Positions 55,544 to 64,000 of a DNA stretch of 64,000 nucleotides are shown here, piece after piece. Below the pieces are notes generated by a model that worked only from the letters and a program-made list of their open reading frames with translations, searched no databases and was not told where the DNA came from. Within the stretch, counting starts at the first letter, position 1; every line of letters starts with the position of its first letter. The translations under genes and the position numbers were made by a program. Source of the DNA: an uncultured Acidobacteriota bacterium (GTDB taxonomy: Bacteria; Acidobacteriota; Vicinamibacteria; Vicinamibacterales; JAKQTR01); NCBI GenBank assembly GCA_963809475.1, contig CAWEJS010000001.1:410125-474124 (forward strand). Direction: 5' to 3'.

Positions 55544-56869
55544 ATGGAACAGGTAACCCGCAGGGATTTCGTGAAGACCGCCGCTGCGGCGACGGTCCTG
55601 CTCGGCACATCCAGAACCGCCTGGGCCGGCGCCAACGATCGCGTCCGTGTCGCCCAGATGGGCCTCAACGGGCGGGGTCAGTCGCACCTGAAAGGCTACG
55701 GCGCGCTCGCCGATGTCGAGGTTGCCACGCTGTGCGATCCCGATTCCCGCCTGTTCGCGCCGCGCACCAAGACGTTCTTCACCGACCAGGGCAAACCCGC
55801 ACCGAAGGTCGAGCAGGACATCCGGCGGGTCCTCGACGACAAGAGCATCGACGCGATCTCGATCGCCACGCCCAACCACTGGCACGCGCTGGCCACGATC
55901 TGGGCCTGCCAGGCCGGCAAGGACGTGTACGTCGAGAAGCCGATGACGCACAACATCTTCGAAGGCCAGCGGCTCGTCGAAGCGGCCGGGAAGTACAAGC
56001 GGATCGTCCAGTACGGCACGCAGCTCCGCAGCAACCCCGGGTTCCAGGAAGGCATCAAGCTGCTGCACGACGGCGCCATCGGCAAGGTCTACATGGCCCG
56101 CTGCGTGTGCTACAAGTGGCGCCCCGACATCGGCAAAGCGCACGCCGGACAGCCGCCCAAGGAGCTCGACTGGAACGTCTGGCAGGGCCCCGCACAGGAA
56201 GAGCCCTTCATGCTCAACGCCAAGGACGAGGGCCTGTTCGTCCACTACAACTGGCATTGGCACTGGGCCTACGGCAACGGCGACATCGGCAACCAGGGCG
56301 TGCACCAGCTGGACGCGGCCCGCTGGGGGCTCGGCGTCGGCCTGCCGTACCGCGTGACATCCATGGGCGGCCTGCTGCTCTGGGACGATGCCAAGCAGAT
56401 CTTCGACGTGTCGTCCACGTCGTATATGTTCCGCGGCAAGGACGGCAAGGACAAGATGATGACCCTCGAAGTGCGCCCCTGGTGCACGAACGACGAGGCC
56501 GGCGGCACCTCGTTCGGGGTCATCTTCTACGGGGAGAAGGGCTGGATGACCTTCCCGAACTACGACGGCTACAAGATGTACGAAGGCCGCGGGAACAAGC
56601 TGGTCGGGGAGAAAGAAGACGGCACGGACCTGAACCACTACCGGAACTTCATCGAGTGCATCCGCAGCCGCAACGCCGGCACCGTCAACGCGCCGCCGCT
56701 CGAAGGGCACTGGTCTTCAGCGCTCTCGCACTACGCCCTCACGGGCGCCCGGGTCAACCGGGTTCTGGAGATCGATCCGGCAACCGAGCTCGTCAAGCAC
56801 GACGACGAAGCCAACACGTTCCTGACGCGGGCATACCGGGCGCCGTTCACGGTGCCCAAGGCCGTCTGA
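55544..56869 (+). CDS. Gfo/Idh/MocA-family oxidoreductase with TAT signal (paralog of 53994..55457)
   Basis: MEQVTRRDFVKTAAAA, VAQMGLNGRG, ATPNHWH and GKDVYVEKP. It shares the WHW..GNGDIGNQG.H motif with its neighbour. Confidence 0.85.
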   Translation: MEQVTRRDFVKTAAAATVLLGTSRTAWAGANDRVRVAQMGLNGRGQSHLKGYGALADVEVATLCDPDSRLFAPRTKTFFTDQGKPAPKVEQDIRRVLDDKSIDAISIATPNHWHALATIWACQAGKDVYVEKPMTHNIFEGQRLVEAAGKYKRIVQYGTQLRSNPGFQEGIKLLHDGAIGKVYMARCVCYKWRPDIGKAHAGQPPKELDWNVWQGPAQEEPFMLNAKDEGLFVHYNWHWHWAYGNGDIGNQGVHQLDAARWGLGVGLPYRVTSMGGLLLWDDAKQIFDVSSTSYMFRGKDGKDKMMTLEVRPWCTNDEAGGTSFGVIFYGEKGWMTFPNYDGYKMYEGRGNKLVGEKEDGTDLNHYRNFIECIRSRNAGTVNAPPLEGHWSSALSHYALTGARVNRVLEIDPATELVKHDDEANTFLTRAYRAPFTVPKAV

Positions 56870-56888
56870 CCTGCGGCCGGGCGGTTCC

Positions 56889-57824
56889 TCAGAGCGGCGG
56901 CACGATCGCCGTCTGGGCACAGGCCGCCGGCGGTTGACTCGCCGACGTCGATTGGATCGCGGCCAGGAACGCTTCGGCGATGAACGCGTACCCGCGGTCG
57001 TTCGGATGGAAGCCGTCCGAGGAGTAGTTACCGGCGTCGTACGCGCGCGCGTCGCAGAGCAGGTCGACCACCGAGACGTTTTGTGCAGTGAGCGCGTTGA
57101 TGGCCTCGCGCGAGAGGCCAACCGAGATGCGCTGCAGGACCTGGCGGCGCAGGAGCGAGTAGGACTGGCTGAACGGCAGTCCGGCGAAGTTCGGCAGGTT
57201 CGCGACGACAATCCTGGTGCCGGCCGCCCGCTGGCGGATGCCGCGAACGAGCGTGTCGAGGCTCGTCCGGAACTGGGCGACCTGCCCGTCGATGTAGACG
57301 CCGACATCGGCCGTCCCGGCCGCCCCGCCGTCGACGGCCGCTCCAATCGCGTTGGTGTCGTTGCCGCCTGCGAACACGGTCACCAGCGTCGTGTTGGCGG
57401 GCACGAGCGGCAGTTCGGCCTGGATGAAGTTCGCCGGAATGACCCGCCCGTAGCGAGTGCCGAGTTCCTGGATCTCGGGGCTCAACACGGCGGCCGGGAT
57501 GCCCAGGTTCGTCGTGGTCACCGTCTTCGCCTCTCCCAGCCGTCGCGAGATGACCGGAACGTAGCCCGTGCCGTCCGGACAAGGCGCAAAGAGCACACAC
57601 GGCACGGTGGCGCCAACGCCGACGGCGTCGCTCGCACCCAGCGCCGTGTAGAACACGGCTTCCTTGGACGCGGAGGACGGCTGCGTCGGCGATCCAGCGC
57701 TCTTGCTGCACCCTGTCAGCAAACCGGCCATCGCGCAAAAGGCGACGGCTCCCGCCACCGCGGGTCGGCTGCCCGCGGTGTGCAGCGCCCGGTGCGCTCG
57801 AGACGATCCCCAACCGAAGACCAT
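56889..57824 (-). CDS. SGNH/GDSL-family hydrolase lipoprotein
   Basis: Lipobox (LLTGC). Block I (ALGASD), block III (GGND), block V (DGFHPN). Confidence 0.75.
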   Translation of the reverse strand: MVFGWGSSRAHRALHTAGSRPAVAGAVAFCAMAGLLTGCSKSAGSPTQPSSASKEAVFYTALGASDAVGVGATVPCVLFAPCPDGTGYVPVISRRLGEAKTVTTTNLGIPAAVLSPEIQELGTRYGRVIPANFIQAELPLVPANTTLVTVFAGGNDTNAIGAAVDGGAAGTADVGVYIDGQVAQFRTSLDTLVRGIRQRAAGTRIVVANLPNFAGLPFSQSYSLLRRQVLQRISVGLSREAINALTAQNVSVVDLLCDARAYDAGNYSSDGFHPNDRGYAFIAEAFLAAIQSTSASQPPAACAQTAIVPPL

Positions 57825-58040
57825 TTCTGGCGTCGCAGTCTAGGATAGCGCCGCTTGGTGGCCCGCGCTGCTTTTTCTCGCTGTCGCGTGCGCGGCTGCG
57901 CAGCCCGCGCTGGGGCCGAGGACCGGCTGGCCTCCAGCGGCGGAGGGCGCACGTCAGGATTGTGAGGTGACCGGCGGTTGAGTTCGCAGGGGCGCGCCAG
58001 GGCAGTGCTAGGATGGTCCTCCCGGATTGTGGAGGGGACA

Positions 58041-58931
58041 ATGCCGACGAACGATGCCTCAGAACCGACCGCACCTGTCCCCGCGACCCTGCAGGTGTCG
58101 TGCGTCCAGTTGCACTGGGCGAAGCCCCTGCCGTTCAACCTCCAGCGGACGCTGCACTTCGTGGCGGCCGCGGCGGACGCGGGCAGCCGGGTGGTGCTGT
58201 TCCCGGAAGCGTCGCTCACCAGCTATTACTTTCCCTATGCGATTGGCCTCGACCCGGCCGAGGTGTCGGCCGGGCTCGATGCGGTCCGGGGCGCGGCACG
58301 CGAGCATGACATCTGGGTCATCGTCGGCACCGTCAAGAAGACGCACGACCGGTTCCTGAACCTCGCTCACGTCGTCGACCCCCGGGGCGTCATCGTCCAC
58401 GAGTACGCCAAGGTCCATATGGCCGGCCGCGACGAGCAGCGATACTGCCGGGGCGGCAACAAGCTGTCGCTGTTCGAAATTGATGGCGTGCGATGCACGC
58501 TGGTCATCTGCCGGGACGGGCGGCACCCGGAGCTGTACCGCCTCCCGGCGATGGCAGGGGCGCAGATCCTGTTCCACCCGTCGAACAGCACCGACGAAAT
58601 TGAGGCGGTCTGCTGGAAGCGCACCTCCGGCCGAGCCCAGCAGCCTGCCGGGCCCAACTCGAAGATCTTCCATTGCGTGGCCAACACCGTCGGCGAGGCG
58701 CCCGACGGGAAACAGACGTCCAGCGGATCGTCGTTCATCCGCGAGCCGAACGGGATTCCGCTCGCCGAGGCGGGCTTCTACCAAGAGGAGATGATCACCG
58801 CGGTCCTCGACCTGGCGCGTGCGGACAGGTCGTACGTCCGCGACAGCCTCGAGCACCCGCCGTTCCTCGCCGGCTACTGGCAGCAGATGATTGCCGCCGT
58901 CGAGACGCGCAAGGATCTGCCGCCGGAATAG
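58041..58931 (+). CDS. carbon-nitrogen hydrolase (nitrilase superfamily)
   Basis: ATG 58041 after GGAGGGG. Glu (LFPEAS), Lys (YAKVHM) and Cys (LVICRDGRHPE) triad context. Confidence 0.8.
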   Translation: MPTNDASEPTAPVPATLQVSCVQLHWAKPLPFNLQRTLHFVAAAADAGSRVVLFPEASLTSYYFPYAIGLDPAEVSAGLDAVRGAAREHDIWVIVGTVKKTHDRFLNLAHVVDPRGVIVHEYAKVHMAGRDEQRYCRGGNKLSLFEIDGVRCTLVICRDGRHPELYRLPAMAGAQILFHPSNSTDEIEAVCWKRTSGRAQQPAGPNSKIFHCVANTVGEAPDGKQTSSGSSFIREPNGIPLAEAGFYQEEMITAVLDLARADRSYVRDSLEHPPFLAGYWQQMIAAVETRKDLPPE

Positions 58932-59006
58932 ACGGTCCGGCTGGTCCCGCTCGATTACGATTTCGTGCCCGCCGAGGGCAGCGATGCGTAAACCGACCCG
59001 ACCCCT

Positions 59007-60362
59007 TCAGGTACCGGGGCTGAGCGCCTCGAGAACGCTGTTCACGAGCGCCCGCGCGTCCGCCTCGGTGGCAGCTTCGGCCGAAATGCGAATCACGGGC
59101 TCGGTGGCCGAAGGACGGGCCAGGAGCCAGCGGTCCGGCCACATGACCTTCACGCCGTCGGTCAGGTCGATCTGTTCACCGCGGAAGCTGTTTCTGATGA
59201 AGCGCAGCGAGGGCGCGACATCGCGCGCCGAGCAGAGGAGGCGCTCCTCGACCATCGCGTAGTGCGGCACCTGCGCGTACAAGGGGCTCAGCGGCCGATG
59301 CGAGACGGCCATCGACTCGAGAATGACCGCCATCGCGACGAAACTGTCCCGGCAGGGATTGACGGGCAGAACAATCGCCCCGCCGTTGCCCTCGCCGCCC
59401 ACCTCGGCGCCGTGCTCCTTCATCGCCTCGATCACGTTGGCTTCGCCGACGCGGGAGCGGTGCACCTTGCACCCGAAACGGGCCGCGACATCGTCCACCG
59501 TGCGGCTCGTCGCCACGTTGACCACGACGGGCCCCGCCCTCCTCTCGAGCCAGCGCTGGACGACTAGGACCACGGCCGCATCCGCGCCGAGCGGCGCGCC
59601 CTGCTCATCGACGATCGCCAGTCGATCACCGTCCACGTCCTGGGCGAAGCCGACGTCCGCCTCCGAGCGGCGCACGAGATCGCTCAGGTCCTCCAGGTCC
59701 GCCTCGTCCGGCTGAGGGTGCGCGAGGGACGGCGTCCCGGCACCGGCGCCGACGGCGATCACCTGACAGCCGAGGGACTCGAGCAGCCGGCGCGTGGGAA
59801 CGGATGCGGCGCCGCCCTTGGGGTCGATGGCGACCGTGAACGCCCGCCCGCGAATGCGCTCGACATCGACCGCCCGCGCGACGGCATCGAGGTGCCGGGC
59901 CGTGGACGTCGTGTCGGAGCGGACGTCGGACATCTCGAGGGCCCGTACCCGGGGGTACACACCCTGATGGTAGAGGTCGGTCAGCTCGGCAGCCTGATTG
60001 ACCCGGAGGGCCAGCCCTTCGGCGTCGATGAACCGGAGCGCGTTCCACTCGGGCGAGCCGTGACTTCCGCTCACGGAGATGGCACCGAAGGCGCCGACCG
60101 CGCGCACGTGAAACATCAGCGCGGGGACGGGAACGATGCCCACGTCGACGGGGGTGCAGCCGACGCTGAGCAGGCCCGCGATCGCGGCCTGCTTCACCAT
60201 CTCGCCGGACGGCCGCGTGTCGGTCCCGATGAGAATCGGGCCCGTGCCGCAGTAGGTGCCGAAGGCGGCCGCGAAGCTCGTGACGAGTTGCGGCGTCAGG
60301 GACTCGCCGACGACTCCGCGTACGCCCGATGGCCCGATCTTCAGCGACAAGGGCTGCGGCAT
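59007..60362 (-). CDS. alpha-D-phosphohexomutase-family protein (paralog 2; atypical active-site loop SGSHGSPEWN)
   Basis: The start is set at ATG 60362 (MPQPLSLKIGPSGVRG). Phospho-Ser loop (SGSHG), metal loop (DVDGDR), sugar loop (GEGNGG), phosphate loop (RPSATEP). Confidence 0.8.
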   Translation of the reverse strand: MPQPLSLKIGPSGVRGVVGESLTPQLVTSFAAAFGTYCGTGPILIGTDTRPSGEMVKQAAIAGLLSVGCTPVDVGIVPVPALMFHVRAVGAFGAISVSGSHGSPEWNALRFIDAEGLALRVNQAAELTDLYHQGVYPRVRALEMSDVRSDTTSTARHLDAVARAVDVERIRGRAFTVAIDPKGGAASVPTRRLLESLGCQVIAVGAGAGTPSLAHPQPDEADLEDLSDLVRRSEADVGFAQDVDGDRLAIVDEQGAPLGADAAVVLVVQRWLERRAGPVVVNVATSRTVDDVAARFGCKVHRSRVGEANVIEAMKEHGAEVGGEGNGGAIVLPVNPCRDSFVAMAVILESMAVSHRPLSPLYAQVPHYAMVEERLLCSARDVAPSLRFIRNSFRGEQIDLTDGVKVMWPDRWLLARPSATEPVIRISAEAATEADARALVNSVLEALSPGT

Positions 60363-60367
60363 GGACC

Positions 60368-61738
60368 TCAGCTCCCTTCGTGCCCGGAGGCGGCCCGCCG
60401 GGCGAAGACCGCGGCCTCGTCGACGAGAGTCTCGGCCCGCGCCCGCTCCGGCGCCTCGGCGATGATGCGCAGGAGAGGTTCGGTGCCCGAGGCGCGCACG
60501 TGCAGCCACTCGTCGTCCCGCGAGAGGCGCACGCCGTCGGTGCAGTCGGGCGTCTCGTCCGCGTGGTGGCGCCGGAAGCGCTCGATCACCTTGTAGACCA
60601 GGTTCGGCGGGCACGGCAGCTCCCGCTTGCTCATGAAGAGGCTCGGGAGACCCGCGGCCAGCTCGGCCACGCTCCGGCCGCTCGTCGCCATCTCCTCGAG
60701 GACGAGGCCGAGGGCCAGCAGTCCGTCGTACGCCACGTCCAGCGGCATCACCGCGACGCCGCCGCTGCCCTCTCCCGCGAGCACCGCTCCCTCGGCGAGC
60801 CCCAGGTCCACGATCTGGCTCTCGCCGACCGGCCCTCGGATCACGCGCTGGCCGTGGGCGCGGGCGAGCGCCTCGACCATGCCCGACGTCGAGTAACTCG
60901 TCACGACCGGACCGGGCCTGCGGCGCAGGCGGGGCATGGCCACGAGGGGCAGGGAGTACTCCTCGGAGAGGGCGGTGCCCTCACCCGTGACGAAGCCGAC
61001 CCGGTCGCCGTCCACGTTGAGGGCCGCTCCCAGGTCGGCGCCGAAGGAGCGGGCCAGCGCCGCGACCTGCTGCATGTTCGCAGCGGTGGGCGCGGGCGGG
61101 TGCGCGAATTCACCCGTGGGCTCCGCGTTCACGGGAAGCAGCGTGCAGTGCAGCGACTCCAGGAAGCGGGAGGCGACGGCGCCGCAGGCGCCGTGGCTGA
61201 AGTCGACCGCGACCCGGAAGCGGCGGGCGCGGATCGGGTCGACGTCGATGGCGCTGGCGAGGTGGGCGAGGTAGCGGTCCTCGACGCCGGACGCCGTGTC
61301 CACCGGCTGCAACCGGTCCCAGGCCGCGAACGCGAAGGCCGCGCCGTGGTAGATGTCGAGCAGTTCCTCGTTCTTCGCCGCGTTGAGGAGGGCGCCGTCC
61401 GGCCCGAAGAACTTGAGCGCGTTCCAGTCGGCGTCGTTGTGGCTGCCCGTGACGGCAATCCCGCCTGAGGCCCCGAGCTCGCGGATCGCGAACGAGACCA
61501 GCGGGCTCGCACCGACGCCGAGGTCGATCACCCGGCAGCCCGTCGACAGGAGTCCGGAGACGACCGCCGCGCGGAAGGCCGTGCTCGACCGGCGCGTATC
61601 GCGCCCGATCACAACGGGACCGGCGCCGCACCACGTCCCGAAGGCGCAGGTGAAGTTCACGATCAGCTCGGGCGTCAGGGCGTCGCCCACCACGCCGCGA
61701 ACACCCGACGCGCCGATCTTGAGCTCGCGGACAGCCAT
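60368..61738 (-). CDS. alpha-D-phosphohexomutase-family protein (paralog 1; active-site loop TGSHNDADWN, metal loop NVDGDR)
   Basis: ATG 61738 (MAVRELKIGASGVRG). TGSHN, NVDGDR, GEGSGG and RASGTEP. Confidence 0.8.
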   Translation of the reverse strand: MAVRELKIGASGVRGVVGDALTPELIVNFTCAFGTWCGAGPVVIGRDTRRSSTAFRAAVVSGLLSTGCRVIDLGVGASPLVSFAIRELGASGGIAVTGSHNDADWNALKFFGPDGALLNAAKNEELLDIYHGAAFAFAAWDRLQPVDTASGVEDRYLAHLASAIDVDPIRARRFRVAVDFSHGACGAVASRFLESLHCTLLPVNAEPTGEFAHPPAPTAANMQQVAALARSFGADLGAALNVDGDRVGFVTGEGTALSEEYSLPLVAMPRLRRRPGPVVTSYSTSGMVEALARAHGQRVIRGPVGESQIVDLGLAEGAVLAGEGSGGVAVMPLDVAYDGLLALGLVLEEMATSGRSVAELAAGLPSLFMSKRELPCPPNLVYKVIERFRRHHADETPDCTDGVRLSRDDEWLHVRASGTEPLLRIIAEAPERARAETLVDEAAVFARRAASGHEGS

Positions 61739-61740
61739 GG

Positions 61741-63093
61741 TCACCTCTCCGCGCGCAGAGCTTCGATGAACCGCCTCGATTCGTCGGCGCACTCGCGGAA
61801 CCTGAGGAAGAGCGTGAGCTGCACCATGGCCCGCGTGCGGTTGAGGTCCGGGGCGTCGGCGGGGCCGAGCTTGAAGTAGCTGTCGCCGCGCAGATAGTCG
61901 GTGAGGAACCTGAGACCCAGTTCCAGAGCGATGATCCCGGCGGCGTCGACCATGAGGCCGACTTCGGCAGGCGTCACTTCCGTCGCCGTCGACAGGAACC
62001 CCCGCGCCACGGCGCGGAACACATCCATGTCGACGCGCACCCGCGAGGGGTCGCGCTCCTTCTCCCCGGTGACGTTGACGAGCGACCGCACCATGTCGCC
62101 CCAGTCGGCGAGCCAGCTGTGCGGCATGATCGTGTCGAGATCGACGAGCGCCTTGACCCGTCCCGTGCGGGTGGAGAACAGAAAGTTGTCGAGCTTGGTG
62201 TCGCCGTGGATGGCGAGGCGGCGGATCCGCGCCGACTCCATCCCCTCGAGGAGCGTGATACCGAACGCCTCTTCCGCCAGCACAAGGTCGATGTAGGGCC
62301 TGAACTCCGGGTCGCCGACGCGCCGGCGGTACTCGGCCTCGGAGAGGTGCACCAGGAAGTGCTCCTCAGTGCTCTGACGGACCGTCGGGTCGGCGGGGAG
62401 GAGCCCGGCAGCCTCTTCGGGCGTCCGGTACCCGGCAAGGACCGAGCGGAGCTGGTTGTAGTACAGGCGGGTGTCCCGGTAGCCAGGCAGCGGGTTCTCG
62501 AGGCCGTCCGTGCGCATGCGGCAGGTGAAATCGCTGTAGATCGCGAGTCCGCGGCCCGCTTCTCCGGCCACCCGCAGCCGCTCGGAGGGATCGGCGATCT
62601 CGCCGAGGCTCTTGTAGGTGCGGGACTCGGGGATCTTGACCATCAGGCGCCAGCAGCTGCAGCCCCTGTGGTTCTCGACGTCCAGGAACGGCAGACCGTC
62701 GTGCGTGTCGATGAGGGTGATCGCCTCCCACTCGTCGCCGGGCGCGAGGCGCCCGGCGGCCACCGAGGCCCGCTGCGCGTCAATCGACGCGATCATGGCG
62801 CGCATCACGGACCGGGGCCGCGTGAACACCCGCTCGTTGATGCGCTGCAGGAGATACTCCCGCGGCTGCGGCGTCCCGGCCAGGACGACGAAGGTGTGCT
62901 GGTTGATGTTCCCCTTTTCGGGGAAGTCGAGCGCCTCCACCGGATGCGCGAGACGGAAGCGCGAGGCGAGCCGGCTCGCCTGGGCGAGCGGGTACTCCTC
63001 GCTGTGCGTGAGCACTCGCGTGACCCGTCTGAGTGCCGCCGCGCCGCCGCCCCGCGCAGACCCACCGGGGTTGCCGTCGACATGGTCGCTCAT
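61741..63093 (-). CDS. APH-fold kinase, NahK/AmgK-like putative anomeric sugar kinase
   Basis: Nucleotide-lobe GNINQHTF, catalytic loop IHGDTKLDNFLF, and metal-binding DLDT...DWGDMVRS. It is followed by two phosphohexomutase genes with a 2-nt gap. Confidence 0.6.
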   Translation of the reverse strand: MSDHVDGNPGGSARGGGAAALRRVTRVLTHSEEYPLAQASRLASRFRLAHPVEALDFPEKGNINQHTFVVLAGTPQPREYLLQRINERVFTRPRSVMRAMIASIDAQRASVAAGRLAPGDEWEAITLIDTHDGLPFLDVENHRGCSCWRLMVKIPESRTYKSLGEIADPSERLRVAGEAGRGLAIYSDFTCRMRTDGLENPLPGYRDTRLYYNQLRSVLAGYRTPEEAAGLLPADPTVRQSTEEHFLVHLSEAEYRRRVGDPEFRPYIDLVLAEEAFGITLLEGMESARIRRLAIHGDTKLDNFLFSTRTGRVKALVDLDTIMPHSWLADWGDMVRSLVNVTGEKERDPSRVRVDMDVFRAVARGFLSTATEVTPAEVGLMVDAAGIIALELGLRFLTDYLRGDSYFKLGPADAPDLNRTRAMVQLTLFLRFRECADESRRFIEALRAER

Positions 63094-63322
63094 CGCGCTC
63101 GCTGGACCTCCCGCAGCCGCTGCTCAGTCTAGCAGCCTGTGGTGCCGATGCGGAACGCCGGACTCCCGGCCGCCCGTCCCGTGCCGGAGTTCACCGCAGC
63201 CGCAGGCAGCCCAATCGGTCCATAATCCCCTGGGACTCGGCGGCGAACGGGAGACGCACCAGAACGCGCGGCGGCATCAAGCCCGCAGGGCCATGCGGCC
63301 AGAAAGGACGATCGACGGTGAC

Positions 63323-64000
63323 ATGAGACAAAGTCTGCTGGCGTGCTGGCTGGTTGCGCTCGCCGGGGCGGCGGCGGCGGCGCAGCCCGCCGCCAGACCG
63401 AACATCATCTTCATCCTCGCCGACGACCTCGGGTACGGCGACCTCGGCAGCTACGGGCAGGCGATCATCCAGACGCCGAGCATCGATCGGATCGCGGCCG
63501 AGGGCGTGCGGTTCACGCAGTTCTACGCCGGGTCCACCGTCTGCGCGCCGTCGCGCAGCGTGCTCATGACCGGCCGGCACCTCGGGCACACGCGGGTGCG
63601 CGGCAACGCCGGCGCGGGGGGCTACGACGCCCAGACGCTCACCGCCGCCGACGTGACCGTCGCGCGCGTCCTGCAGAAGGCCGGCTACGTCACGGCGCTC
63701 ATCGGCAAGTGGGGCCTCGGCGAAATCGGTTCCGAGGGCGAGCCGACTCGTCACGGGTTCGACGAGTTCTACGGCGTCGTCAACCAGACGCACGCGCACA
63801 ACCACTACCCCGACTTCCTCTGGCGGAACACCGGGAAGATCGCGCTGCCCAACGTCGTGACGCAGGTGGGCTCCGTGCCGGGCGCCGGCTACGCGACGCG
63901 GCGCGTGCAGTACGCCAACGACCTGTTCTTCGACGAGGCGGGCCGCTTCATCGAGCGGAGCAAGGATCGGCCGTTCTTCCTCGAACTGGCGCTCACCGTG
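63323..64000 (+). CDS. formylglycine-dependent sulfatase, N-terminal part (3' end outside window)
   Basis: Signal peptide, PNIIFILADDLGYGDL, the CAPSR formylglycine motif, and GKWGLG. The frame is open to the window end and is not in the ORF track because no stop is reached. Confidence 0.85.
   Translation, partial: MRQSLLACWLVALAGAAAAAQPAARPNIIFILADDLGYGDLGSYGQAIIQTPSIDRIAAEGVRFTQFYAGSTVCAPSRSVLMTGRHLGHTRVRGNAGAGGYDAQTLTAADVTVARVLQKAGYVTALIGKWGLGEIGSEGEPTRHGFDEFYGVVNQTHAHNHYPDFLWRNTGKIALPNVVTQVGSVPGAGYATRRVQYANDLFFDEAGRFIERSKDRPFFLELALTV

Overview
GC-rich bacterial chromosomal window. It is probably Acidobacteriota, an inference from a TIGR03436-type VWFA protein, a PEP-CTERM protein, CarboxypepD_reg-type TonB receptors and many TAT-signal Gfo/Idh/MocA oxidoreductases. 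Most long alternate-frame ORFs in the track are GC-driven shadows. The supportable genes run as follows: pilT fragment, homoserine dehydrogenase, aminotransferase and moeB-rhodanese. Next is a complete isc operon (iscR-S-U-A-hscB-hscA-fdx-iscX) in which iscS carries a +1 frameshift in a G run. A cobalamin-riboswitch-controlled TonB receptor plus BtuFCD-like ABC importer follows. Then come sodA, moeA-moaB, a B12-radical SAM gene, GH3, tRNA-Arg(ACG), a lower-GC accessory stretch, tadA, tRNA-Ser(CGA) and a TolC-EmrA-EmrB efflux set. A long minus-strand gene train follows: yceI, two OM barrels, a cupredoxin-like gene, a sensor-PP2C, a sensor kinase, a sigma54 activator, a methyltransferase, an FAD oxidoreductase and a type III PKS. 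The window ends with a glycan and oxidoreductase cluster, a kinase with two phosphohexomutase paralogs, and a sulfatase fragment. The main hunt results are four. (1) A peroxiredoxin-like gene at 18598..19092 is split by an in-frame TGA exactly at the redox-active Cys position (GTW-U-PNC), with a SECIS-like hairpin 10 nt downstream, so it is a candidate selenoprotein that ORF callers truncate. (2) A near-consensus sigma54 promoter at about 49247..49262 sits in front of an 11-gene same-strand train that ends in a phenolic-lipid-type PKS cassette. (3) Inside that train, a roughly 1.2 kb segmental duplication gives one periplasmic sensor module two different outputs (His kinase versus PAS-PP2C) and leaves a relic of the upstream gene's 3' end. 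(4) Several non-coding structures were found: a B12 riboswitch, G-tract arrays, inverted heptamer arrays, a 31-bp tandem plus inverted repeat, and an intra-operon attenuator. All homology calls come from motif recognition by eye; no database search was run.
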